A DNA stretch of 64,000 bases, taken from the NCBI GenBank assembly GCA_038087875.1, contig CM075995.1, positions 2,606,001-2,670,000 on the forward strand, read 5' to 3'. The notes beneath the pieces are model-generated. The model saw only the letters and a program-made list of their open reading frames with translations. It had not been told where the DNA came from and did not search any database. The DNA is from Malacoraja senta (taxonomy: Eukaryota). A program made the translations under genes and the position numbers. Shown here one piece after another: positions 1 to 12,782 of this stretch (position 1 is the stretch's first letter; every line of letters starts with the position of its first letter).

Positions 1-399
1 GATGCAGTCAGGTGGAGCTAGTGTAGATGGGACATGTTGGTCGATGTGGGCAACTTGGACGAAGGGTCTGTTTCCACACTGTATGACTCTACGAATCAAT
101 GTGATAATGAAAATTAATACATTTAATCAGCGTTAAAGATGCTGGGTGTGGGAAGGTGGCAGGGTTACAGAGGGACAAACTTTGTGGAGAGAAAAGATTT
201 GTCTCCAATTAGTTAAGCAGCCAAAAAAAACTGAAAAGGTTAACAAATCAGCAGCGAGCAGCAGTCAAACAAGTAGATGGTGTCCAAAAATATGACATTG
301 AAGATGAAATGGGGTGTATCAAAGAAGTTATTTGGTTAAATGCAGATATTATCACGAAAAATATCCAAAGAAGATATAATTAAGGGTTATTAAATTATA

Positions 400-1360
400 C
401 ATAATCCTGAACAATACAAAATATGCAGTAGAAAGGCAGAACATTAAATTAGAGTTAGCTATTAAAATATCAAAGGAAAGTTGGAATGAACACTTATTAA
501 ACGTGCATAAATGTTCGATTAATGTAAGACACACTTTAATACAATTTAAAATTTTACATAGATTATATTATTCGAAAACTAAAATTCATAAAATTTTCCC
601 AAATGTATCATCTATTTGTGATAAATGTCAATCCCAAGAAGCTACTATAGCGCACTCATTCGTTTTCTGTACAAAAATTCAAAAATTTTGGAATTAAATT
701 TTCGAAATCTTTACAAAATTATTTAAAATAAGACTGATACCCAAAGTAGAATGGATTATCTTCGGAATAACGGAAGATGGTCCAGAAGTAAATGTGTTTC
801 AAAAGAAACTAATAGACTATGGGTTGATAACTGGAAAAAAGCTAATTCTAAAATTTTGGAAGAAGGCTCCAATACCAACTATAAACATGTGGATTTCAAA
901 TATGTTCGAAACATTACACCTAGAAGAGATAAGACTCCTCCTAGCAGGTAAACCAGATCACTTCCACCTGATGTGGTCTGCATTTATAGAATTATTACAA
1001 ATATAGGGTGCAAAGGTACCTTAAAAAAAAAAAATTGAGGTCAGGTAAGCGGGGATGATAGTTGAAGAGTTGGTATGTCCCATTTGCGTAATGCTCATAA
1101 AAATATTTGTTTCTCTCTTTTTCCTCTTTCTCTTTCTCTTTCTCTTTCTTTTCTAGGGCCTATTTCTTAACTCTTTTTCTTTTGTTTTTAATTTTGCTCT
1201 TATAGGGTCTTCGTCCTTTTTTGTTGTCACATTTTCTACACTCTCACTTTTTCCTTCACTTTCTTCTTTCTTTCAATCTTTTCCTTTTCTAGTGAATTAA
1301 AAAAAAATAATAATAATAAATAAAAAATAAAAAGATTTTAAAAAAATTAAAAAATAAATA
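400..1360 (+). mobile_element. L1/Tx1-clade LINE, 3' fragment (degenerate ORF2 C-terminus, 3' UTR, A-rich tail)
   Basis: ORFs 503-697 and 794-1006 encode the zf-RVT-type region (QFKILHRLYYS..CDKC..HSFVFC..FW). Followed by a pyrimidine-rich UTR and an A-rich tail near 1300-1360. Contains a stop and a frameshift. Confidence 0.8.
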
Positions 1361-1448
1361 AATTAGAAGGGATAGAATGGAATATGATAACACTTTAAAT
1401 ACATAATTGAAAGGAAATATTAACTAAAAAACAAAGGCAGAGGAGTGG

Positions 1449-1752
1449 GTGGCAAGGTGGCACTGCAGTACAGCCTTACAGCGCCAGATACCGTTCGATC
1501 CTGACTACAGGTGCTTGTCTGCACGGAGATTGTATGTTCTCCCCGTGACCTGCGTGGGTTTTGTCCTGAAGCTCCGGTTTCCTCCCACACTACAAAGACG
1601 GACAGGTTTGTAGGTTAATTGGCTTTGGTATGAATGTAAAATTGTCCCTGGTGTGTGTGTGTGTAGGGTAGTGTTAATGTGCGGGGATCGCTGGTCGGTG
1701 CGGACTCGGTCCTGTTTCCGTGCTGTATCTCTAAACTAAAAAAACTAAACTG
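1449..1752 (+). mobile_element. HE1-like V-SINE (tRNA-derived head, V-domain, CR1-type tail)
   Basis: Degenerate A and B boxes (tggcactgcag, gttcgatcc), V-domain core ttctccccgtgacctgcgtgggtt..ccggtttcctcccaca, (CTAAA)n tail. Confidence 0.85.
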
Positions 1753-2499
1753 CACTAAAATAGTTATTAGGTGTGAATGATTAATTATGTATGATGATGA
1801 GGGTCAAATCTGCAAGATTAAAAGAGTAAAAGTAACAAACAAAATGAACAGAAAATTGATATGAATTTGCTGAAACTTAAAATAACATGGTGTTACATAA
1901 AGATTCATTGTAACTTCTTCAAATGTTCTGTCGAGGAAAAATACAGAGCTGTAAAAAGACAGCAGGGTTAGTTTTGATAGTCAGCAAAGAAGTGATGGTT
2001 TAATTGGCCTCCCTGCTGCAGGCATGCATAGTTCCACGTTGAAATCATGTATTTACTTTCTTTATTTTACAGACCATATTTTGTTTTCATGTGATTTACC
2101 TGCGCCTCACACTGTTTCTCAGTCAAAGGCGAACATCATGTAAAAAAATAGAAGCTAGAGTTTGCCATTTCCCGCCCCTTGTCCCTGTTCTGTCATTCAG
2201 TAAAATTGTGGCTAATTTACCTCGCCGCCACGTTCCTGCCTCAACCTGCTCTAGTGTGATAAACATCCGTGTACCACAAAACCGAAACATTGCAACAGCC
2301 TCAACTAAACAGAATTACACAAAAGATACACAAAAGATGGTGAATCTGTGGAATTCGTTGCCACAGAAGGCTGTACAGGCCAAGTCCATGGATATTTTTA
2401 CGGCAGAGATGGATAGATTCCTGATCAGTATGGGTGTCAGGGGTTACGGGAAGAAGGCTGGAGAATGGGGTTAAGAAGGAAAGGTAGATCAGCCATGAT

Positions 2500-2697
2500 T
2501 AGACACCAAAAGCTGGAGTAACTCAGTGGGACAGGCAGCATCTTTGGGTGACGTTTCGGGTCGAGACCCTTCTTCAGTGGTTAGGGATAAGGGAAACGAG
2601 AGATATAGATGGTGATGGGGAGAGATGAATGAAAGATATGCAAAAAAAGCAACGATGATAAAGGAACCAGGCCATTGTAAGCTGTTTGTTGGGTGAT
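2500..2697 (-). mobile_element. Penelope-like terminal repeat fragment inserted into a CR1 3' end (2336-2765)
   Basis: The CR1 tail gatcagccatgatt resumes at about 2697 as ccatgattaaatggcgg. The insert carries the hammerhead-like core. Confidence 0.75.
2550..2577 (-). ncRNA. Minimal hammerhead-ribozyme-like motif, consensus copy
   Basis: Reverse complement reads CTGAAGA-A-GGGTC-TC-GACCC-GAAA-CGTC: CUGANGA box, 5-bp stem II, GAAA box, palindromic ACGU stem III, GUC triplet. Confidence 0.65.
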
Positions 2698-2875
2698 CCA
2701 TGATTAAATGGCGGAGTAGACTTGATGGACCGAATGGCCTAATTCTGCTCCTATCACTTATGAATTTATACAGCAAGGAATCCGGCCATTCGGCCCAACA
2801 GTTCATGCCAGTGTTTATGTTCCATTTGGACTTCATCCCATCCTTCTCATCTAAATGCATCAGAGTAAAGCATAG

Positions 2876-3180
2876 GGTGGCACAGTGTCATAGCTGGTGG
2901 AGCCGCTACCTCATCGCAAAGACCCGGGTTCAATCCTGAACTCGGATGCTATTCATGTGGAGTTTCCACATTCTCCCAGTGACCACGTTTCTTCACACAT
3001 GCCAAAGACTCGTGGGTTTGTAGGTTAATTGGCCTCAGTAAAATTGACCCTAATGTGTAAGGACTTGATGCGAATGTGGGATAACATAGAAAATGAGCAA
3101 ACCGGTGATCGATGATCGGTGTGGACTCGGTGGTCCGATGTGCCTGTTTTGATGCTGTATCTCTAAACAAAGCTAAACTG
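2876..3180 (+). mobile_element. HE1-like V-SINE, diverged
   Basis: gtggcacag..gggttcaatcc head, V-domain remnant, ctgtatctctaaac tail. Confidence 0.75.
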
Positions 3181-4041
3181 AGGTCTCTGAGTACTCGACC
3201 CGAAACGTCACCCATTGTGTATCTCCAGAGATGCTGCCTGCCCCGCTGAGTTACTCCAGCTTTTTGTGTATATCTTAAGTAACCCTCTGTTCCGTTTTCA
3301 CTTATTTTAATTCATAATATTTATTTCATAGATAAGTAACGTTTTGGGTCAGGACCTTTGTTCTGAAGAAGAGTCACAACCCGAAACATCACCTATCCAT
3401 GTTCTTCAGAAATGCTGCCTGACCCGCTGAGTTACTCCAGTACTTTGTGTCTTTTTTTGTCAGGTTTGATATGGGCTTAGTATAACTTCCAGAATTTGCA
3501 AATCCATTCCTCGAGCAATATATCCTAGTGTTTGGTTTAGTTTTCTTTATAGTTTTGCTAATGTCTGATGCTACCTTTTGTTATTAGTATTTTTGTGGTC
3601 AACTGATTCTATGACTGATCATATTGAATGAATACTTTATTGCCACAGTGAAATGCTTTGCTTGCATACCCAAGGTATGCAAATAGTCAGCTTCTGATTT
3701 TCTTTTTTGTGTTTTTGGAAGGAATTCTGTCCCTGATTTGTGTATTGGTCTTTATAACTTTTTTTTTTTTAAATTCTGATTATATGTTTCCTATAAATCT
3801 TTGTAAGGTGTCCTTGAAACCTCAGTATAAGGCGCCCGTAAATAAAATTCATTATTATTATTATTATTATAAAGAACCCCGGCACCAGGTCCCGCAGTTA
3901 CCAGAGGTCCTATTCTTTCTAGTTGTTCGTTCTTTCTTTTAGTAGGGATTATTTTTCCTACCTTGATGTCGAGATGATCGTTTAATAATTTCCTGGACAT
4001 GTTCTATCGCCCGTTTCAAATACAGGAATTACGTTGAAACA

Positions 4042-4260
4042 TAGAAACAAGGAACTGCAGATGCTGCTTTATACAAAATGACACAAATTGCTGGTGTAAC
4101 ACAGCGGGTCAGGCGGCATCTTTGGAGAACATAGAAGGGTAACGTTTCGTGTCGGTACCCCTCTTCAGTCTGAAGAAAGGTCCCGACGCAAAGCGTCACC
4201 TATCCATGTTGTCCAGAGATGCTGCCTGACCTGCTGAATTACTCCAGCAATTTGTGCTCT
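4042..4260. mobile_element. Fold-back (inverted) pair of Penelope-like terminal repeats
   Basis: The left arm (minus) and right arm (plus) meet at cttcagtctgaag, about 4163-4175. Confidence 0.75.
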
Positions 4261-6974
4261 AAAGGTGTAAAGTTAGATATTTGCCATATCTGTAGGATAC
4301 TACACTTTCTTCTAATGAAACACGTGTTACAGTTATGAAGCATTGCGCATGTAGAAATAACTGCAACGATGGTGGTTTTAATAGGATGGAAAACAGGAAC
4401 CAAGACTTTATTAGGCCAGACAAGCTGTTCAATTTTACTGCTAAATATATGAAGATCAATGCAAAGCAATAATTAATACTTTATGAAGGAACTTGAGCTG
4501 CAGAATTCTGCACAAAAGTACCTCCTCTGGGAACTCTGGAAACTCCACTGGTATATCACAGTGATTTGTGCTCATCATCTACAATGTACAAAACTACTAA
4601 GTCTGAACTGGTGCATTGATCTGAAGCAAACCAGCATGTGGTTCATAGCTTAATGTTTCCAAGTTAAGTCTATACTTCACTACACTACAGTTTGTTTAGT
4701 TGAGTTAGACGGCAGAGCGTGGTACCAGGTGTAGCCTCCGGCACCAGGCTTGGCTCACCCCCCATTTCCAAGTGTTCCCTGCTCCTACCTGAATAATGAA
4801 AGGCATAGATAGCGTGGATGTGGAGAGGATATTTCCACTGGGGGGAGAGTCTAGGACCAGAGGTCATAGTCTCAGAATTAAAGGGTGCTCTTTTAGAAAG
4901 GAGGTGAGGAGGGACCTCTTTAGTCAGAGGAATCTGTGGAACTCATCGCCACAGAGAGCTGTGGAGGCCAAGTCAGTGGGTATTTTTAAGGCAGAGATTT
5001 AACAGACAGAGCAGGTGTCAAGGGTTATGGGGAGAAGGTAGGAAAATGGGATTAGGAGGCAGAGATCAGTCATGATTGAATGGCGGAGTAGACTCAATGG
5101 GCCGAATGGCCTAATTGTCGGTGGAGGAAGTGACAACGAAGAGATACGAACAATGAAACCAGCAGGACGACTAGCGCGGGTGAGGGACAGAGAGAGCAGG
5201 AAAGCTGGGGTTACTTGAAATAAGAGAAATCAATATTTATACCACTGGGTTATATGATGTCCTAGCGAAATAGGAGGTGCTATGATTGTATTCATATATA
5301 GTCTTTTCTTTGACTAGATAGCATGCAAACAAAAGCTTTTCACCTCAGTACATGTGACAATAATAAACTAAACTAAACATCTGTGGATACTGTGGAAGAA
5401 AGGGACATGTTCACATTTGGTGTCTGTCCACTTAATTGGCTGCTGTCACTGACTGATGGTGATTACATATGAAGAGATTCCAATTTACATGGCACGAGGG
5501 AACTATAATTGAGGATGTGCGCTCCATAAAATTGCCTGCAGGAGGATACAAAGGGAGAAAGATAGCGACAAGTTCAATTGTAGTTTTTAGTCAAAGTGTG
5601 AGGGTCAGAAGCCATAGAGGCAAATCAAATCTGCTGGATAAATTAAGAACACAACATGCTGGAGTAACTCAGCGGATCAGGGAGCATCTCTGGAGAACAT
5701 GGATAGGTGACGTTTCAGGTCAGGATCTTTCTTCAGACTCAAAATAGATTAACTTGGACCATGCAATTCATAATCAGGATTTTAAGGGGCAGGATAATGT
5801 GGGGAGCATAAAACATAGAAAAATACACTACAGGAATTAAAGGACGTTCTTTTAGGAAGGAGATGAGGAGAAATTTATTTAGTCAGGGGGTGGTGAATCT
5901 GTGGAATTCTTTGCCACAGACGGCTGTGGAGGCTTTAGTAAGTGGATATTTTTAAGGCAGAGATAGATAGTTTCTTCATCAGTACAGGTGTCAGAGGTTA
6001 AAGGGAGAAGGCAGGCGAATGGGGTTAGGAGGGAGAGATAGATCAGCCATGATTGAAAGTCGGAGTAGACTTGTTGGTCCGAATGGCCTAATTCTACTCC
6101 TATCCCTTATGCTGAACAAGCTCTTTGGCCCACAATGTACATGCTGAACATGTTGTCTAGATAAATTAATCTCAAGTGTTTGCACATTACCCAATTCCCT
6201 CCACTCCCTGCATACCTACGTGCCAATCTAAAAGCCTCTTTATTAGCGCTATTGTATCTGCTTCCAACACCACCTTTGGCAAAATGTTCCAGGCACCCAC
6301 TACCGACTGTGTAAAACACTTGCCTCACACATCGCCTTTACATTTTGCCCCTCTGACCTTAAAGCAGTGATTTCTAGTCTTTGACACATCATTCAATGGG
6401 AAAAAGCTCGGTTCATAAGTTACAGGAGCAGAATTAGGCCATTTGGCCCATCCAGTCTAGTCCACCATTCCATCATGGCTGGTCTGACTTTCTCTCTTAA
6501 CCCCATTTTCCTGCCTTCTCCCCATAACCCTTGACACCAGCAGTAATCAATAACCACTAAAAAAGGTTCTGTGTCTACCCTATCATGATTTTATATACAT
6601 ATACCTCGCATTTTATGAGTGTTCGATTTATGTGTTTTTGTAAAAATGCGCTTGTTCCTTCAATACTACAGCTTGATTTATTTGCGGGTAATTTTGGAAT
6701 AACATGCTCGTACTGCTGATAGCATAGTCACATATATGTTTAATTTTTGTGTTTTTGAATTACACACTGCTCTTCGCGAGGTGCCTGTATCGTGTCTACC
6801 TTCAACCTCCAGGGTTCCAGAGAAAACAAATCTCAATTTGTCTAATCTCTCCATGTAGCTGATATCCTTAAATCCAGGAAAAAGGAAGAAAAAGGAATCT
6901 TCTTCACTGCACGCATTCATTAATAATGGGAAAGAAAGACACAAAATGTCTACACCCACAGAGTTGGGCACATT

Positions 6975-7545
6975 GGTCATGTTGCAGTTGTGTAAGACGT
7001 TGGTGAGACCGCATTTAGAGTATTGAGTTCAGTTCTGGGCACCATGTTATCGGATAGATATTGTCAAGCTTGAAAGGGTTCAGAAAAGATTTACGAGGAT
7101 GTTGCCAGGACTAGATGGTCTGAGCTACATGGAGAGGTTGAGTAGGCTGGGTATTCCTTGGAGCGCAGGAGGATGGGGGGTGATCTTATAGAGGTGTATA
7201 AAATCATGAGAGGAATAGATCGGGTAGATGCACAGAGTCTCTTTTCCAGAGTAGGGGGATTGAGGACCAGAGGTCATAGGTTCAAGGTGAAGGGGAAAAG
7301 ATTTAATAGGAATTTGAGTGGTAACTTTTTCACACAAAGGGTGGTGCGTGTATGGAACAAGCTGCTAGAGGAGGTAGTTGAGGCTGGGACTATCCCCAAC
7401 GTTTAAGAAACAGTTAGACAGGTACATGGATAGAACAGATTTGGAGGGATATGGATCAAGCGCGGGCAAGTGGGACTAGGGTAGCTGGGGCAAGTTGGGC
7501 CGAAGGGCCTGTTTCCACACTGTATCGCTCTATGACTCTATGTAT
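6975..7545 (+). mobile_element. HER1-like CR1 LINE 3' fragment
   Basis: ORF 7158-7406 GDLIEVYKIMRGIDRV..NFFTQRVVRVWN; tail gggccgaagggcctgtttcc..(GACTCTAT)n, shared with the HE1 SINE tail. Confidence 0.9.
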
Positions 7546-7561
7546 TTTAATTTAGTTTAAT

Positions 7562-7850
7562 TTTAAATAGTTTAGTTTAGAGATACAGCGTGGAAACAGG
7601 ACTAACAGCCCACCGAGTCCGCACCGACTAGCGATCCCCAGCACGTTAACACTATCCAACACGCACTAGGGACAATTTACATCTGTGCTAAGCCAATTAG
7701 TCTACAAACCTGTATGACTTTGGAGTGTGGGAGGAAACCAAAGATCTTGGAGAAAACCCATGTGGTCACGGGGAGAACGGGATCGAACCTGGGTCTCTGG
7801 CGCTGTAGGCGCTGTAAGGCAGCAACTCTGCCGATGCGCCACAATGCCGC
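7562..7850 (-). mobile_element. HE1-like V-SINE
   Basis: Reverse complement of the HE1 consensus seen elsewhere in the window, with (TTTAG)n at its left end. Confidence 0.8.
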
Positions 7851-8811
7851 TCTGAGTGTAACTCAGAGATTTTCCACACAACCTACTAGTTTTGGCAAAC
7901 ACTCACAACAAAACTAGGCACACATCGAGAACCAGAGGACGTAGGTTTAACGTGAGGGGGGAAAGATTTAATAGGAACCTGAGGGTAATGTTTTCTCACA
8001 AAGGGTGGTGGGATGTATGGAATGGAGGAGGTAGTTGAGGCAGGTACCATCACAAAGTTTAAGAACAATTTGGACGGGTACATGGATAAGACAGGGTTTA
8101 CAGGGATGTGGGTCAAATGCAGGCAGGTGGGACTAGTGTAGATGGGACATGTTGGTCGGAGTGGGCAAGCTGGGCCAAAGGGTCTGTTTCCATGCTCTAT
8201 GACTCTATGACATCAGGCTTGGATGAGCAATGAAGTCCCGAATAACATGTGTTCACTCAGCTATTAACGTCTCGCCACAGCATCTGCCAGCCTCAATTTT
8301 CAATCCTCAGGAAATGTGAGACCACTTCACGGATTGCTCCAAATTGCCTGCAGCATTTTCTTTAAAATTACAACTCACTTCAGAGCTGCAAGCTGCACAT
8401 GGTTTCGGAACCAAGGCATACGTGGGTACTCAAAGGCACAAGAGACCGTAGTGCCTCCCTATCACTTTTATTGGACCTTTTATGATCCTTTAAGACTTTT
8501 CACACAGATCAGCACAGCGGAGTCAGAACAGTTGGAAGTTTTCCAAGCATTCTTTGTCAGGAACACACAGCTCCCATTTAAATGCATGACTCCCCATGCA
8601 AACTACCAGGCTGCACCCATTAACATATTTTTGGCCACTTGCATGAGTTTTTTTGCAAGGGGTTTGACTCAGCATTTGTGCCGTATGCAGCATGCACATA
8701 CACAAAGATGAAATCCAATTTTCTGGAGCTTGTTCCTTGGCAGAATAAATTCAAAGCCCATGAGCAGAAAATGCACACAATTAAGATAGAAACCACATAC
8801 TAAAAAAAGCC

Positions 8812-11070
8812 ATGTTTTTCAAAGGCGCCAGGCACCAATTTGCTGTGTGTCCCTGCGGTTCTAGATGGCATAACAGGGTCATTCGAGGAATCGTTCTAAA
8901 CTGCCAACTTTCAGAGGGCATGCTAATGTCTGCTTTGTGTTCTTTGCAAGAATGTAATAAAGATTTTTTTTTCCATTCTACTGTTCCAGTTCACCAATGG
9001 CTTATTAACAGACTCAAGAATAAGACGGTACATGAGCAGTGGTGTACGTTTAAGGATCTACTGTATAACCTTCAAGAAAAATTTATTCCTATGAAGAAAA
9101 AAAGGGGTAAGGGAAAGAACAGTCAGCCATGGCTCAGTAAAACTATAAAGGATAGTATTCGGCTGAAGGCAAGGGCATATAAGGTAGCTAGAGATAGTGG
9201 GAGGGTAGAGGATTGGGAAGCATTTAAAGGTCAGCAAAAAATAACTAAGAGATTAATTAAGACGGGGAAAATAGACTATGAAAGGAATTTAGCGAACAAC
9301 ATAAAAACTAATAGTAAGAGTTTTTATAGCTATATAAAAAGAAAAAGGGTGGCTAAGGTGAACGTTGGTCCATTGGAGGGTGAGACTGGAGAGTTGTTGG
9401 TGGGGAACATGGAAATGGCAAAGGCATTAAACGAGTATTTTGTATCAGTCTTCACCATAGAAGACACAAAAAATATTCCAACGCTGGATAAACAGGGGGC
9501 GGTAGGAATGGAGGAGCTAAATACTATTAAGATCACCAAGGAGGTGGTATTAGGGAAATTAATGAGACTGAAGGAGGATAAATCCCCTGGGCCTGATGGA
9601 TTACATCCAAGGGTCTTGAGGGAGATAGCGGTGGGGATTGTGGATGCATTGGTGATAATTTTCCAAAACTCCCTGGAGGCAGGAACGGTCCCAGTGGATT
9701 GGAAAATGGCCAATGTAACACCTATATTTAAAAAAGGAAGTAAACAGAAGGCGGGTAACTATAGACCGGTTAGTCTAACATCGGTGGTGGGTAAAATGTT
9801 AGAGACAATTATTAAAGAAACACTAACGGGGCACTTGGATAAACATGACTTCATCGGACAGAACCAGCATGGTTTTGTGAAGGGGAAGTCCTGTTTAACG
9901 AATCTGCTCGAATTCTTTGAGGAAGTAACAACCCGGGTGGATAAAGGGGAACCGGTGGATGTGGTATACTTGGACTTCCAAAAGGCTTTTGACAAGGTGC
10001 CACATAAGAGACTATTGCTAAAAATAAAAAATTATGGGATTGGGAGTAATATATTAGCATGGGTAGAGGATTGGCTAACAAATAGGAAACAGAGAGTGGG
10101 GATAAATGGTTCATACTCGGGATGGCAACCGGTAACTAGCGGGGTTCCGCAAGGGTCGGTGCTGGGACCCCAGTTGTTTACAATTTATATAAATGATTTG
10201 GAGGAGGGAACCAAGTGTAATATATCAAAATTTGCGGACGATACAAAAATGGGAGGAAAAGTAGGGGATGAGGAGGATAGGAAGAGTCTGCAAAAGGATA
10301 TAGATAAGCTAGGTGAGTGGGCAACAACTTGGCAGATGAAATTTAATACTAATAAATGTGAAGTCATTCACTTTGGGAAAAAAAATGATAGGGCAAGTTA
10401 TTTTCTAAATGAGGTGGAGCTGCGTTGTAATGCAACGCAAAGGGATCTAGGGGTAGTAGTACATGAATCACTAAAAGTTAGTATGCAGGTGCAGCAAGCA
10501 ATCAGGAAGGCCAATGGAGTTTTGGCCTTTATTGCTAGGGGGATTGAGTATAAAAACACGGAGGTCTTGCTGCAGCTGTACACAGTATTAGTGAGACCAC
10601 ATTTGGAATACTGTGTACAGTTCTGGGGTCCATACTTAAGAAAGGATGTACTGGCCCTGGAGGCAGTGCAGCGAAGGTTTACAAGATTAATTCCTGCAAT
10701 GAGGGGATTGACATATGAGGAAAGGTTAAGTAGGCTGGAACTCTACTCTTTGGAGTTTAGAAGAATGAGAGGCGATCTCATTGAAACATATAAGATCGTG
10801 AGGGGCCTTGATCGGGTGGATGCACCGAGGATGTTCCCAATGATCGGGGAAACTAGAACTAGGGGACATAGTTGTAGAATAAGAGGGGGCTCTTTTAAAA
10901 CTGAGATGAGGAAGAACTTCTTCACCCAGAGGGTGGTTAATTTATGGAATTCACTGCCCCAGGGAGCAGTGGAAGCAGAAACATTAAATATATTTAAATC
11001 TAAAATAGATGTTTTTTTAGCTGCCAAGGGGATAAGGGGCTACGGGGAGAGGGCAGGGATATGGACCTAG
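8812..11070 (+). CDS. CR1 ORF2 reverse transcriptase, lacking the APE endonuclease (first ~60 codons are probably flanking DNA)
   Basis: Motifs KSPGPDG, NYRPVSLTS, QHGF, YLDFQKAFDKV, GVPQGSVLGP, FADD, VRPHLEY, FFTQRVVNLWNSLP. Confidence 0.9.
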   Translation: MFFKGARHQFAVCPCGSRWHNRVIRGIVLNCQLSEGMLMSALCSLQECNKDFFFHSTVPVHQWLINRLKNKTVHEQWCTFKDLLYNLQEKFIPMKKKRGKGKNSQPWLSKTIKDSIRLKARAYKVARDSGRVEDWEAFKGQQKITKRLIKTGKIDYERNLANNIKTNSKSFYSYIKRKRVAKVNVGPLEGETGELLVGNMEMAKALNEYFVSVFTIEDTKNIPTLDKQGAVGMEELNTIKITKEVVLGKLMRLKEDKSPGPDGLHPRVLREIAVGIVDALVIIFQNSLEAGTVPVDWKMANVTPIFKKGSKQKAGNYRPVSLTSVVGKMLETIIKETLTGHLDKHDFIGQNQHGFVKGKSCLTNLLEFFEEVTTRVDKGEPVDVVYLDFQKAFDKVPHKRLLLKIKNYGIGSNILAWVEDWLTNRKQRVGINGSYSGWQPVTSGVPQGSVLGPQLFTIYINDLEEGTKCNISKFADDTKMGGKVGDEEDRKSLQKDIDKLGEWATTWQMKFNTNKCEVIHFGKKNDRASYFLNEVELRCNATQRDLGVVVHESLKVSMQVQQAIRKANGVLAFIARGIEYKNTEVLLQLYTVLVRPHLEYCVQFWGPYLRKDVLALEAVQRRFTRLIPAMRGLTYEERLSRLELYSLEFRRMRGDLIETYKIVRGLDRVDAPRMFPMIGETRTRGHSCRIRGGSFKTEMRKNFFTQRVVNLWNSLPQGAVEAETLNIFKSKIDVFLAAKGIRGYGERAGIWT

Positions 11071-11406
11071 GTATGGTTAGTATAGTAAGACCTGAGTGAT
11101 CTCCTGGACAAGTGTCGATCGCCTGGATTGGGGTCGGAGAGGAATTTCCCGGATTTTTTTCCCGAATTGGACCTGGGTTTTTATCCGTTTTTTTGCCTCC
11201 CCCAGGAGATCACGCGGTTCTTGGGGTGGAGAGGGGTGATAGCGATATAAAGGGGAGGGTAGTGTCTTGTGTTCTGTGTCTTGTGTCTACTATTTGTGGG
11301 TAAGGGTGTCTGTTTAGTGTTCAGCCATGAGCGAATGGCGGTGCGGGCTCGATGGGCCTGGTGGTCTACTCTCGCACCTACTTTCTATGTTTCTATGTTT
11401 CTATGT
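9005..11406 (+). mobile_element. CR1 LINE, 5'-truncated young copy
   Basis: Uninterrupted ORF2 portion, long 3' UTR, terminal (TTTCTATG)n at about 11382-11406. The 5' boundary is approximate. Confidence 0.95.
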
Positions 11407-12063
11407 AACACCATTTCTAAGAGAGGTGAATGTTCATTATCTTGACAAGGCGAAATGCATACCTTATCTTTACACACTGGTGAAACAGTTATGATCAAGT
11501 ACTTACATGTTTGACTATGATTAGAAAGGTCTTTTGACCAAAATCTTAATTATTAGGAAAGATAAATATAACCTGCTCGTATGCGTAGTCTTTTGACGTC
11601 AATTTGACCTCTCGAGAACTTTCAACATGGTTTGTCTGTTGGAATTATATCTGTTTACATGGACATTATGATATTTTTTAAATTGATGTCTTCCGTCTAT
11701 TCTCTAGTCAGAGGGTGGAGAGTCTGTGCGATTCTTTGCCACAGAAGGCTGTGGAGGCCAAGTGAATTGGTATTTTTAAGGTGGAGATAGATAGATTCTT
11801 GATTGGTAACAGGGGTTATGGGGAGAAGGCAGGAGAATGGGGTTAAGAGAGAAAGATAGATCAGCCGCGATTGAACGGCAGAGTAGACTTGATGGGCTGA
11901 ATGGCCTAATTCTGTTCCTATCACTTATGAACTCTCCACAGATGCTGCCTGATCTGCTGAGTAACTTCAGCACTTTGTGTTTTGCCATGCATCTGTAGCT
12001 CGTGGGAGGAAACGGGGGGAAACAGGAAGAAACCCACAAGGTCACTGAGAGAGTTATGAAAAC

Positions 12064-12690
12064 TTGTTCATAACAAGAGGATTTCAGTATAGGAGCAGAG
12101 AGGTTCTTCTGCAGTTGTATAGGGCTATGGTAAGACCACATCTGGAGTATTGTGTACAGTTTTGGTCTCCTAATTTGAGGAAGGACATCCTTGTGATTGA
12201 GGCAATGCAGCGTAGGTTCACGAGTTTGATCCCTGGGATGGCGAGACTGTCATATGATGAAAGATTGAAAAGACTAGGCTTGTATTCACTGGAGTTTAGG
12301 GGGGATCTTATAGAAACATATAAAATTATAAAAGGACTGGACGCTAGATGCAGGAGAAATGTTCCCAATGTTGGGCGAGTCCAGAACCAGGGGCCACAGT
12401 CTTAGAATAAAGGGGAGGCCATTTATGACTGAGGTGAGAAGAAATTGTTTCACCCAGAGTTGTGAATTTGTGGAATTTCCTGCCACAGAGGGCAGTGGAG
12501 GCCAAATCACTGGATGGATTTAAGAGAGAGTTAGATAGAGCTCTAGGGGCTAGTGTAATCAAGGGATATGGGGAGAAGGCAGGCACGGGTTATTGATTGG
12601 GGACGATCAGCTATGATCGAAATGAATGGGGGTGCTGGCTCGAAGGGCTGAATGGCCTCCTCCTGCACCTATTTTCTATGTTTCTATGAG
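12064..12690 (+). mobile_element. CR1 LINE 3' fragment
   Basis: VRPHLEYCVQFWSP..RRFT ORF remnant and TTTCTATG tail. Confidence 0.9.
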
Positions 12691-12782
12691 AGTGTGCAAA
12701 CTCCACACAGACGGCACTGGAGGTCAGGATGAATCTTGGCCCAGCAACAACCACTGTCTCTGCCATGGTCCTCACAATGACA

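Noticed and set aside
2050..2330. Possible exon after the acceptor-like ttctttattttacag (AG at 2071-2072)
   Set aside because: No recognisable protein and no convincing donor site; ORF 2091-2474 simply runs into CR1 sequence.
9330..11027. Minus-strand ORFs
   Set aside because: Antisense shadows of the CR1 ORF2.
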